A stretch of 64,000 nt of DNA from the NCBI GenBank assembly GCA_964429815.1, contig CAYSCM010000001.1:437705-501704 (forward strand), written 5' to 3'. The translations under genes and the position numbers were made by a program. Origin of the DNA: an uncultured Candidatus Saccharibacteria bacterium (GTDB lineage Bacteria; Patescibacteriota; Minisyncoccia; Phycocordibacterales; CAYSCM01). Below, one piece after another: positions 26,677 through 34,952 of this stretch. Below the pieces are notes generated by a model, which saw nothing but the letters and a program-made list of their open reading frames with translations, did not search any database and was not told the origin of the DNA. How positions within the stretch are numbered: the stretch's first letter is position 1; the number at the start of each line of letters is the position of its first letter.

Positions 26677-27852
26677 CTATTTGAGCGCCAAGAAGGCGTT
26701 CAGGTAGTGGAGCGAAATGCCGCCGAAGTCGGAAGCGCTTGCAAACGCTTTTTCGACGGCGGCAATCTGCCGTTCGTAGCGAGCCCGTGAGGTATTGAAG
26801 TAGGTGGTATAGGGAGGGGGAACATCGCCAAACTCGCTTGCAATGACTATTTTTGCGGTATGTCCCTGCGCTTCACGCAGCTCGCCCTGCGAGATATCTA
26901 TGGCGCCATCGTGTCCTTGCGCAAAATTGCGGTACGCCATGACGATTATCGAGCTGCCCGGCCGGCGGTCGAGGAGTCGCACCAGCTGGTTGATGGTGTC
27001 GCCACGATGGAAACCGTAGAAAAATTTTCCGGCTGAGAGTGTGTCATAAAAATCAGGAACGACCACCGCAAAACGCAAATCCGAGCCGTAGAGCCACTCG
27101 AGGCTCTGGTCAACAAGTGCTGTAAAACGCCGCAAGACAACGCGCGGCTGACTCTGGTACTCTGAGAGAAGGTAGGGTTCGACATCGTACTGAAAACCGC
27201 GCAGTTTTTCCGTATTCATTTTATTGAAGTCGATGGCGTAGGCGACAACAGCCGCAGGTTTGTAGGTGTGGCCGGGCTCAGCCCAATTGCGCCAGCCCCC
27301 CTCTGCATCGACCGCGATGCCGGCCGCATGGGCGTGCGTCACGAAATCCTCAAGCGTTTCATCAAACTGTTTCTTCAAGGCACTCTTTTGCGACCCCTCA
27401 GGCATGATGAAAATATCGAGATACGAATCGATCGAAAGATAGATAGCCTTGATGCCCTCCTGTTTTGCCCCAGCGATTACGGTGTCGCGGTAGGTCGGCG
27501 TAATCTCGAGCACAGGAGTCCACAGCCACGTGCCTTTTTCAGCTGCCGTGTCGGTAGGGAGGATTTGCGTATGTCGCGGTGCAAAGGCGCTCAAAATGCT
27601 GGCGATTTGTCCGCCGCCTTCGATGGTGACCGAGTCGGCGAAGTGCGGATCGGAGAGCTTGGCGTTTTCCGTGATGTGAGTATCGGAGTACAGATGGGGG
27701 AGGACCGCAGGGAGGGAGAGAGTGAGCGCGGAGGAGCTCGGGGAGCTCGAACGCACCACGTAGTAGTACGCGCCGACGACGAGCCCGACGAGGAAAAGGG
27801 CGACGTAGAGTTGGTGCTTTGGACTGCCCCGAGGATGTCGAGCTTTGTGCAT
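26677..27852 (-). CDS. membrane-anchored putative glycoside-hydrolase-like (TIM-barrel) protein
   Basis: N-terminal TM anchor followed by a ~330 aa domain with glycosidase-like composition. The family assignment is uncertain. Confidence 0.35.
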   Translation of the reverse strand: MHKARHPRGSPKHQLYVALFLVGLVVGAYYYVVRSSSPSSSALTLSLPAVLPHLYSDTHITENAKLSDPHFADSVTIEGGGQIASILSAFAPRHTQILPTDTAAEKGTWLWTPVLEITPTYRDTVIAGAKQEGIKAIYLSIDSYLDIFIMPEGSQKSALKKQFDETLEDFVTHAHAAGIAVDAEGGWRNWAEPGHTYKPAAVVAYAIDFNKMNTEKLRGFQYDVEPYLLSEYQSQPRVVLRRFTALVDQSLEWLYGSDLRFAVVVPDFYDTLSAGKFFYGFHRGDTINQLVRLLDRRPGSSIIVMAYRNFAQGHDGAIDISQGELREAQGHTAKIVIASEFGDVPPPYTTYFNTSRARYERQIAAVEKAFASASDFGGISLHYLNAFLALK

Positions 27853-27924
27853 TCGCTCTATTTTATCCTATTTATCCTACGGCCAACCTTCCCACCCCAG
27901 CCTCCCCACCCCAGCCTCGTGTAT

Positions 27925-27953
27925 ATTCCAGTATTTTGCAAAATACTAGAATG
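27925..27953. promoter_or_regulatory. palindrome copy B, in the divergent promoter region upstream of the ArsR-family gene
   Basis: attccagtattttgcaaaatactagaat, a near-perfect inverted repeat centred on TTTTGCAAAA, about 30 bp upstream of the ArsR ATG. Confidence 0.5.
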
Positions 27954-27981
27954 AGTTGTCTTCCTGGGGTACGATACAGCC

Positions 27982-28257
27982 ATGGCTCAGCACACTTTCC
28001 GTTCACTTGAGCGCATTATCAAAGGATTTGACAACCATCGACGGCTCGGGATTCTCGACCTTCTTAAGCGTAAACCTGAACTCTCCGTGGACGAAATTGC
28101 GGAGCAACTTCGGATCGGCTACCAAAACGCCTCTGATCACATACGCAAAATGGCCATCGCAGGGTTGGTAGCTAAACGATATGAAGGGACGACCGTGCGA
28201 CACAAACTCACGCCGCGGGCTGAGGATATTCTAATATTTTGCAAAAAACTGGAATAA
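27982..28257 (+). CDS. ArsR/SmtB-family transcriptional regulator
   Basis: Winged HTH (LGILDLLKRKPELSVDEIAEQLRIGYQNASDHIRKMAIAGLV). The last nine codons (ILIFCKKLE) overlap palindrome copy C. Confidence 0.75.
   Translation: MAQHTFRSLERIIKGFDNHRRLGILDLLKRKPELSVDEIAEQLRIGYQNASDHIRKMAIAGLVAKRYEGTTVRHKLTPRAEDILIFCKKLE
28230..28256. promoter_or_regulatory. palindrome copy C, inside the 3' end of the ArsR gene
   Basis: ttctaatattttgcaaaaaactggaat has the same TTTTGCAAAA core and arms as copies A and B. Confidence 0.45.
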
Positions 28258-28372
28258 GGAAACAATAATAAGGAAACAATGAGGATACGAGAGGACGAAA
28301 ATGGAAAAACTTGAATAAAGAAGTAAGGAAAAGCGCAAAGGGGGAAACGCAGAGTCATACAAAATAAGTGAG

Positions 28373-29839
28373 CTATTTGAGAACGCTCCACATGCCCTGA
28401 TCCTCGCCGCCGTCCATTTTAAAGACGGCAACGCCGCGCACGCCGAGGCCCCGTGCGAGGTCGACTTTGTCTTTGATAGCCTGCGCGTCGTTCCAGGTCA
28501 TGTAGTTGAAAGGTTTGCTCGCATCGATTTGTGAGCCGAGATTTTGTGCAACGGAAGTTGTCGCGACCTCTTGCTGCGTTTGCGTGATGTTACCATCGGC
28601 CGGCGCCTGCGGAAGCGTCGCTTTGTCGTAGATGAAACCTACCTCGTTCGCGCTTGTGCGATGCACGGCGATGCCAAGCCGCGCGGCGATGTCGGTCGCA
28701 TATCCGGGGTTAAACGGCCAGAGCACTTCATACTGAAAACCCGAGCCGGAAAGTGGCGTCACGTGGTACTCGTAGCCGTAGGTCGGAATGCCGATGATGA
28801 GCTTATTGCGGGAAATGGTTTGTGCTGCAAGACGCACAAGATCTTCAACCCAGCCGGGGTCCGCGACCGGTGCGTACGGGGCGGAGCGTGCGACGTTTAA
28901 GCGCTTATCGACCGTCGTCTGATCATAGGCCATGATCTCGACGCGATCGCAGTACTTATTGAGCGCGACGTAGTCGTTGGCGTAGTCGGTCGCGTCCGGC
29001 GGAATGGTGTCGCCCGGAAGATAGCGGTCCTCAAGCGGCATGCGGGCTTCGACGGTGCAGTACACCCACTTTTGCCCCATGCGCTGGTAGAGGCCTTTGA
29101 GGAAGGTCGAGAAGTAGTTGATGGTCTCATGCTTTTTGGCTTCAAAGTCGATGTCTATGCCGTCAAAGCCCATGCCCTTCACGGTCGCCGCGATCTCGTC
29201 TTCCAGCGCGATACGCTTTGTGGTATTGCTCAATACCGCCTGCATCGCATCTGCGTTGCCCCAGAGAATGCTCGGCACCACGCGCACCTTGGTGGCCTTT
29301 GCCTGTGCGATAAAATCGCTCCAAGGTTCAAAGCCAAGTTGTGCGGTATCGATAAGATGACCATCTGAGCTCACGTTGTAGGAGAAGGGCATTACACTTG
29401 CTAGCTGAGGCAGGTGGGGGATGACGTCTCGGGTCGCTGTCGCTACTCGCCAGTAGGGAACCCAGCCGCTTATTTCAAATTTTCCGGTGGCAGCGGGTGT
29501 AAGAGTGAGGGAAATTTTTGCAGGATTTTTGGGGTACGTGGTCCCAAGCGTGAGAGCAGCTTGCGTTCTTGGGCCATACACACCGTAGCCGGTCGCATCT
29601 TCTGTACAGATGACCTCCTGCGCGCACTGGAACTTTTTAATCGCTGCTTGTGTGAGAGGACCAAAGTAGCCGGAGTCTTTTCCGGAGGCAAGATAACCCT
29701 GCGCGATGAGTTTTTGCTGGAGAGTAGCCACATCGCTTCCTGAATCGCCAAGCGATAGGGAGCGAGTCGCTGCGGAGGCCGTGGGCGCGATGAGGAGTAC
29801 GAAGAAAAGCGGAAGTGCAAATAAAAAACGTCGTGGCAT
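28373..29839 (-). CDS. secreted GH18 family protein with an N-terminal peptidoglycan-binding domain
   Basis: Signal peptide. PG_binding_1-like region (DSGSDVATLQQKLIAQGYL...FGPLTQAAIKKFQ). GH18 catalytic motif GFDGIDIDFE (DGxDxDxE). Confidence 0.75.
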   Translation of the reverse strand: MPRRFLFALPLFFVLLIAPTASAATRSLSLGDSGSDVATLQQKLIAQGYLASGKDSGYFGPLTQAAIKKFQCAQEVICTEDATGYGVYGPRTQAALTLGTTYPKNPAKISLTLTPAATGKFEISGWVPYWRVATATRDVIPHLPQLASVMPFSYNVSSDGHLIDTAQLGFEPWSDFIAQAKATKVRVVPSILWGNADAMQAVLSNTTKRIALEDEIAATVKGMGFDGIDIDFEAKKHETINYFSTFLKGLYQRMGQKWVYCTVEARMPLEDRYLPGDTIPPDATDYANDYVALNKYCDRVEIMAYDQTTVDKRLNVARSAPYAPVADPGWVEDLVRLAAQTISRNKLIIGIPTYGYEYHVTPLSGSGFQYEVLWPFNPGYATDIAARLGIAVHRTSANEVGFIYDKATLPQAPADGNITQTQQEVATTSVAQNLGSQIDASKPFNYMTWNDAQAIKDKVDLARGLGVRGVAVFKMDGGEDQGMWSVLK

Positions 29840-29922
29840 GTTCACATAGTAGCAGACGAACATAAAGAGGGGCGCTTACTCTTCGGCATCGGGTACTAGC
29901 AGCAATTTGCTAGAATTGACCC

Positions 29923-30378
29923 ATGCAAAAGATAACGCCGTTTTTATGGTTTGATACAGAAGCGGAAGAGGCTGCGCGTTTTTACACGTCGCTTTTTAAG
30001 AACTCAAGCATTACCCATGTGACCAAGGGGCCAGAGGGGAGAGTTGAGTGGATTTCCTTCACCCTCGCGGGAGAAGAGTTTATGGCCCTCAACGGGGGCC
30101 CTGTGTTCACGTTCACCGAAGCGATATCGTTGTTCGTTTCCTGCGAAACTCAGGAGGAAGTGGACGAATTGTGGGGAAAGCTCTCGGCAGAACCCAAAGC
30201 GGAGCGATGCGGCTGGCTCAAAGACCGCTACGGCCTCTCCTGGCAGATAATCCCGACTGCACTTTCGAGACTTCTTGCATCGAAGGACAAGGCGGCCGCA
30301 GGGCGCGTGATGCAGGCGATGCTCCAGATGAAAAAAATCGATATTGCAAAGCTACAAGAAGCCCACGACCATGCCTGA
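29923..30378 (+). CDS. VOC / PhnB-like (3-demethylubiquinone-9 3-methyltransferase-domain) protein
   Basis: ITPFLWFD...ALNGGPVFTF...CGWLKDRYGLSWQI matches the PhnB-like glyoxalase-fold family. Confidence 0.7.
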   Translation: MQKITPFLWFDTEAEEAARFYTSLFKNSSITHVTKGPEGRVEWISFTLAGEEFMALNGGPVFTFTEAISLFVSCETQEEVDELWGKLSAEPKAERCGWLKDRYGLSWQIIPTALSRLLASKDKAAAGRVMQAMLQMKKIDIAKLQEAHDHA

Positions 30379-31048
30379 ACTGGTCAAACACACGCCGAGG
30401 TGGCAGTGGATAGCTCTTATTCTTATCATCGTCGCGTTCGGCACGTATCTGTGGTGGAACAAGATCGGAAAAGGGGCATCAAATTCCACGGGGAGTGCCT
30501 CGACAACGGCTACCATGGTCTCCGACGGTACCATTACGTTGTTCCGTCCGGGCGACTTTGGACTTGCGGTCACGAAGGAGCGGGTACTCGTGCGCACCTA
30601 CACTCCGCCTTGTGAGGAAGGCTTCGACTACTGTCTCTACTACAACGGCTCCGCGTATAAAAACACCAACTTCGAGAGTGCCGGCCTTTCTATCCGCAGG
30701 CGCACTGATCTTGCCGACAAAGCACGCTGTCTCTCGGCGCAGCCCTCCGGCTACAGCGGCGTGCCAATACGGATCCTTGACAAACCGAACTATTCCGTAA
30801 GCGTCGCGCAAACGGGGGAGGGCGCCGCAGGACACTACGCTACCGGCGAAGAATTCCGCCTCTTCACGGCCAGGAAATGCTACCAATTCGACACGCAGGT
30901 GGGGGAGTCGCAATTCGCCAACTATCCTGCCGGCTCCATAGAGGAGTTTTCCAAAGACAGTCGCACCGGAATGCTTCTCGTTCTCCGAAACCTCGTGCAG
31001 TCAGTGAAGCTCAACGCGACGGGAGAGTCGCTTACCCTCCCGCAGTAG
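30371..31048 (+). CDS. membrane-anchored hypothetical protein
   Basis: 8-nt ATGCCTGA overlap with the upstream gene. N-terminal TM helix (WIALILIIVAFGTYLWW). Confidence 0.55.
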   Translation: MPELVKHTPRWQWIALILIIVAFGTYLWWNKIGKGASNSTGSASTTATMVSDGTITLFRPGDFGLAVTKERVLVRTYTPPCEEGFDYCLYYNGSAYKNTNFESAGLSIRRRTDLADKARCLSAQPSGYSGVPIRILDKPNYSVSVAQTGEGAAGHYATGEEFRLFTARKCYQFDTQVGESQFANYPAGSIEEFSKDSRTGMLLVLRNLVQSVKLNATGESLTLPQ

Positions 31049-31133
31049 ATCTCACCCAGGCTTATTTGGTATACTTGCCTCACGGTGTCGTTCACATTCG
31101 CATCGTCAATCGAGTAAATACTCTAAATACTCC

Positions 31134-31595
31134 ATGACGCTCAAACGCATCGGCATAGTCATTGTAGTCGTCCTTATCCTTGGATTCGGGTATTATGCTA
31201 TTTCGCCGCTTTTTATAAATGTCAAAGTAGATGAGGCGCTCCCACAGCAATCCTCATCGCTTGCCACAACCTCTCACGCCATGGCAGGAGCCGCAGCGGG
31301 AGATGTTATGGGAACCCTGGGGCACCCAGCAAGCGGAACGGCGCGCATAGTAAGCTCGGAGGGTAAAAACTATCTTCGCTATGAAAATTTCAAGACCATT
31401 AATGGTCCGGACATTTACGTGTATCTTGCGAAGGATCTCGACGCAAAGGAGTTTGTAAGTTTGGGAAAGGTGCGGGCGACTGAAGGAAATATTAACTACG
31501 AAATCCCCGCGGGTGTTGATCCCAAAGACTACCCGTATGCGCTTACCTGGTGCAAAACGTTTGCGGTGCTCTTCAATTCAGCAAAACTCTTTTAG
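31134..31595 (+). CDS. DM13-like domain protein with an N-terminal TM anchor
   Basis: GTARIV..EGKNYLRYENFKTINGPDIYVYL resembles DM13-domain proteins. The family call is tentative. Confidence 0.35.
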   Translation: MTLKRIGIVIVVVLILGFGYYAISPLFINVKVDEALPQQSSSLATTSHAMAGAAAGDVMGTLGHPASGTARIVSSEGKNYLRYENFKTINGPDIYVYLAKDLDAKEFVSLGKVRATEGNINYEIPAGVDPKDYPYALTWCKTFAVLFNSAKLF

Positions 31596-31639
31596 ACGCG
31601 ACGGTCTCGGCTTGGTATAGTGGGCAGAAATAATTTCAT

Positions 31640-33061
31640 ATGGCCGATTCACAAAAGTGGTACGCACTTGCATTCTTGGTTCTTGCTCAGTTTATGATCG
31701 TGCTCGACGTTGCGATCCTCAATGTCGCCATCCCCTCCATTGAGCGCACCTTCGGCTTCAGTGTGGAAAATCTGCAGTGGCTGGTGACCGGCTATACGCT
31801 TGCATTTGGCGGATTTCTCCTCCTCGGTGGCCGAGCTTCCGATCTCTATGGCCGCAAACGAGTCTTCATCGCGGGGGTCCTCGGATTCACGATGGTTTCC
31901 TTCCTTATCGGTGCCCTCAACTCAGGGTCCCTCATCGTTCCGATGCGGGTCTTGCAGGGGTTTTTCGCGGCGTTCATGTCACCCGCCGCCCTCTCCCTCG
32001 TGCTGACGCTCTTTAGCGACCATCGCCGACGCAGCATCGCCATATCGCTGTGGGGTGCTGTCTCCGCTGGAGGAGCCACGGTTGCGCTCTTGCTCGGAGG
32101 TCTCTTGACGCAGTATCTCGGGTGGCGATGGAATTTCTTTGTCAACGTGCCGATAGGGATCATCGTGATCGCCGCTGCATGGAGGCTGCTACCTGCGCAT
32201 GTGGCGGAGGAAACGGACAAGACCCTCGACCTTCCCGGCGCTGCTCTGGTCACCTCGGGACTTATGCTCCTGGTCTACACACTCACCAAGGCGAACGCGT
32301 GGGGATGGAGGTCGTCTCTCACGGTAGGGCTCCTGGCCCTTTCGGTAGTACTACTCGCGGGTTTTGTGGTGAACGAGTGGGTCGCGCGACATCCCCTCAT
32401 GCCGCTCTCCATGTTCCGCATAGGAAATATCGCAGCCGCGAACCTCTACATGCTTCCCGTCGTCGGGAGCCTCTTTTCGGCGTTCTTTTTTCTCACGCTC
32501 TACGCGCAGAACATACTTCACTACTCCCCGTTCGAGGCGGGACTCGCGTTTTTGCCGATGAGCCTTCTTATCGGCGTGTTCGCGATACTCGCTCCGAGAG
32601 TGTTGCGATTTATGAGCTACCGATGGCTTTTGGTCATAACACCTCTATTCCCGGCGTTCGGTCTCTTCCTTCTCACCTACATTCCGGTCGCGGGGAGCTA
32701 CGCGACCCACATGTTGCCAGCGCTCCTTATCATGCCGATCGGCATGGGACTTTCATTCGTAGCGACCACCGTCGCGGCGACCTCCGGCATTCCTCCGCAG
32801 GAATCCGGACTTGCCTCGGGACTTCTCACCACATCTCAGCAGATAGGCGGATCCGTCGGCCTTGCGATCCTCACAGCCATCTCGACCTCCACGATCACCG
32901 ATGCGCTTGCGGGAGGAGCTTCTCAAGCACAAGCCGCGGTTTTCGGGTTCCATAGCGCGTTTTACACCGGGGTCGTCTTTGCGCTTCTGGCATCGGCCAT
33001 GGCGCTTTTCTTTCTTAGGCGAGTCCCAACAAGCGGGGAAGTCTCTGTAGTGCAAGGATAG
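31640..33061 (+). CDS. MFS transporter, DHA2 (EmrB/QacA) family
   Basis: Fourteen predicted TM helices; signature GRASDLYGRKR; N-terminal LAQFMIVLDVAILNVAIPSI. Confidence 0.85.
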   Translation: MADSQKWYALAFLVLAQFMIVLDVAILNVAIPSIERTFGFSVENLQWLVTGYTLAFGGFLLLGGRASDLYGRKRVFIAGVLGFTMVSFLIGALNSGSLIVPMRVLQGFFAAFMSPAALSLVLTLFSDHRRRSIAISLWGAVSAGGATVALLLGGLLTQYLGWRWNFFVNVPIGIIVIAAAWRLLPAHVAEETDKTLDLPGAALVTSGLMLLVYTLTKANAWGWRSSLTVGLLALSVVLLAGFVVNEWVARHPLMPLSMFRIGNIAAANLYMLPVVGSLFSAFFFLTLYAQNILHYSPFEAGLAFLPMSLLIGVFAILAPRVLRFMSYRWLLVITPLFPAFGLFLLTYIPVAGSYATHMLPALLIMPIGMGLSFVATTVAATSGIPPQESGLASGLLTTSQQIGGSVGLAILTAISTSTITDALAGGASQAQAAVFGFHSAFYTGVVFALLASAMALFFLRRVPTSGEVSVVQG

Positions 33062-33104
33062 TTCGCTTGTGGAAGAGAGGGCTTTTCGATAGCGTCAGTA
33101 GTGT

Positions 33105-34097
33105 ATGAGCGCGGATACGTGGGAATGGGTCGGCAGTGGCGTCGCACTTCTTGGGGTGCTGGCGATCGGTCTCGCCATTTATCTCGTGCCCTACGCTGCG
33201 CCTAAGCCGGTCCAGATCCCCTCTGCCGGGCCTATCTCCGTTCACGGACAGCTCGTGTGCTTACCGCACAAAAACGAGCGCGGCCCACAGACCCTCGAAT
33301 GCGCGTTTGGCATTCAGGACGTCGAGAACCGCTACTTTGCGCTGCGCGATAGCGACCCTACCTACCACAACCTCACCGGCGTCCCCACCAATGTCCCCAT
33401 TGTGGTCGACGGCACGTTCACCCCGCGGGAGGATCCGAAGTACCAGAGTATCGGTGTCATTGAGGTGACGAGGATTGCACGCACCGACACGGAGGAGCGC
33501 GCCACTCTTTCAGGAACGTTCGTTTGTCTGCCGCACAAAGATGGAACACCGACCGAGAGCGAAGAGTGCGCCTATGGGCTCCTCACGGATACCGGCGCCT
33601 TTTACGGCCTTGACCTCGGTATCACCAACACCGCAGTCCCGAACCTCACGGTGGGAGACCGCATATCAGCCTCGGGCGCGGTCATTCCCATCGACGAGCT
33701 TCCGGCGTCGTCGTGGGCGCGCTATCGCGCAGCCGCGATTTTTACCGTCACTGACTCGTTCACTTTTCTTAGTCCCGACGACTTAAAAAGTGGCATACGA
33801 GGAAGCGTACTCCTTGGTCCAACCTGTCCGGTGCAAAGGGTTCCGTCGGACCCGGCGTGCGCCGATAAACCCTATAAAGCGACCCTCTCGCTCACGAGCG
33901 CGGACGGCTCGCGGGTCATCACCACGTTCACCTCCGACGAGGAAGGCAACTTCAGCCTTTCGGTGACGCCGGGAACCTACCGCATACGGTCCGCCTCCTC
34001 TTCGTCCGTCTGGCCGCGCTGTGCCAGCGGCGATATCCTCGTCCCTCCCGACGTCTACGCCAAAGTGAGAGTCTCGTGCGATACCGGCATCCGCTAG
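33105..34097 (+). CDS. membrane-anchored hypothetical protein with two ~110 aa internal repeats
   Basis: Repeats begin HGQLVCLPHKNERGPQTLECAFG and SGTFVCLPHKDGTPTESEECAYG. The C-terminal domain is Cys-containing and beta-rich. Confidence 0.6.
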   Translation: MSADTWEWVGSGVALLGVLAIGLAIYLVPYAAPKPVQIPSAGPISVHGQLVCLPHKNERGPQTLECAFGIQDVENRYFALRDSDPTYHNLTGVPTNVPIVVDGTFTPREDPKYQSIGVIEVTRIARTDTEERATLSGTFVCLPHKDGTPTESEECAYGLLTDTGAFYGLDLGITNTAVPNLTVGDRISASGAVIPIDELPASSWARYRAAAIFTVTDSFTFLSPDDLKSGIRGSVLLGPTCPVQRVPSDPACADKPYKATLSLTSADGSRVITTFTSDEEGNFSLSVTPGTYRIRSASSSSVWPRCASGDILVPPDVYAKVRVSCDTGIR

Positions 34098-34172
34098 GAA
34101 TCCGCGAGCACTACGAGAGGCTAGACACAAAACACGCCCGCAGGTGTGGGCGTGTTTTCGTAATCGCTACGC

Positions 34173-34523
34173 TTAGAAGGTGAAATATTTTGAGAACCCT
34201 CCCACTAGCGGTAACTCCTTTTCTTTTCCTTGAACGACGTTCACGATGCCGACGATAGAGAGGACCACGCAGCCCAGGTTGACGAGTTGCCAGAGCGTCC
34301 AGAGTTGCCAGAGTGTCATGCCGAGCACCCATACGATGATCTCGATGACGACGAGCACGAGCCCCTGCTTGATGTGAAATTTCACGACCGGATCGTCTTT
34401 CGCGACGATAAGGGGGACAACGACCAAAATACCAAGGTAGGCGAGGATTCCCATAAGGGTATTCGATTTTCCCTTAGCGCCCATTCCCGAGGCCGGAGCA
34501 GCCTGCTGTTTCTGTGGATCCAT
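34173..34523 (-). CDS. DUF4870-like small membrane protein
   Basis: ILAYLGILVVVPLIVAKDDPVVKFHIKQGLVLVVI matches the DUF4870 pattern. Confidence 0.5.
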   Translation of the reverse strand: MDPQKQQAAPASGMGAKGKSNTLMGILAYLGILVVVPLIVAKDDPVVKFHIKQGLVLVVIEIIVWVLGMTLWQLWTLWQLVNLGCVVLSIVGIVNVVQGKEKELPLVGGFSKYFTF

Positions 34524-34591
34524 GAAAAAAAGTTATGTATTAAAGCTCTTTCAGTATAGCGCCTCGCTAGGTCGCGTTTCAACAGGCGGTC

Positions 34592-34936
34592 CTAGAGGTC
34601 GCGGCCATTATAGGGCTTGATGGTGAGCTTCCCGAAGTCGATGCCGTCGAGACAGCGCACGTTGATGGCCGCCTTGGGAAAGGTGACCCCTTCGGCAAAA
34701 CTCTCGACGCCGCAGGTTCGGCAGAAGAGGTGGCGGATGCTTTTTTTGTTAAACCTGTAGTCGCTGAGGGCGTCTGCACCCGAGAGCAGGGTAAATGTAT
34801 CGTTATCGACGAAGAGGAGCAGGAGCCCTTTCATTTCGCAGTGGGAGCAGTTGCAGGAGAGGACCGGCACTGAAAGATTGAGCTCAACCTCGTAGCGTAC
34901 TTTTTTGCAGTGACAGCCGCCCGAGTAGGATTTCAT
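34592..34936 (-). CDS. GFA family protein (glutathione-dependent formaldehyde-activating enzyme / CENP-V-like)
   Basis: Cys pattern GGCHCKKV...CNCSHC...CRTCG typical of the GFA domain. Confidence 0.7.
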   Translation of the reverse strand: MKSYSGGCHCKKVRYEVELNLSVPVLSCNCSHCEMKGLLLLFVDNDTFTLLSGADALSDYRFNKKSIRHLFCRTCGVESFAEGVTFPKAAINVRCLDGIDFGKLTIKPYNGRDL

Positions 34937-34952
34937 AGCTGTCTATGTTAGC

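Noticed and set aside
27885-27915. Tandem direct repeat ccaccccagcctc x2 considered as a CRISPR or minisatellite
   Set aside because: Only two copies with no spacer-repeat periodicity. It is noted only as part of the ArsR control region.
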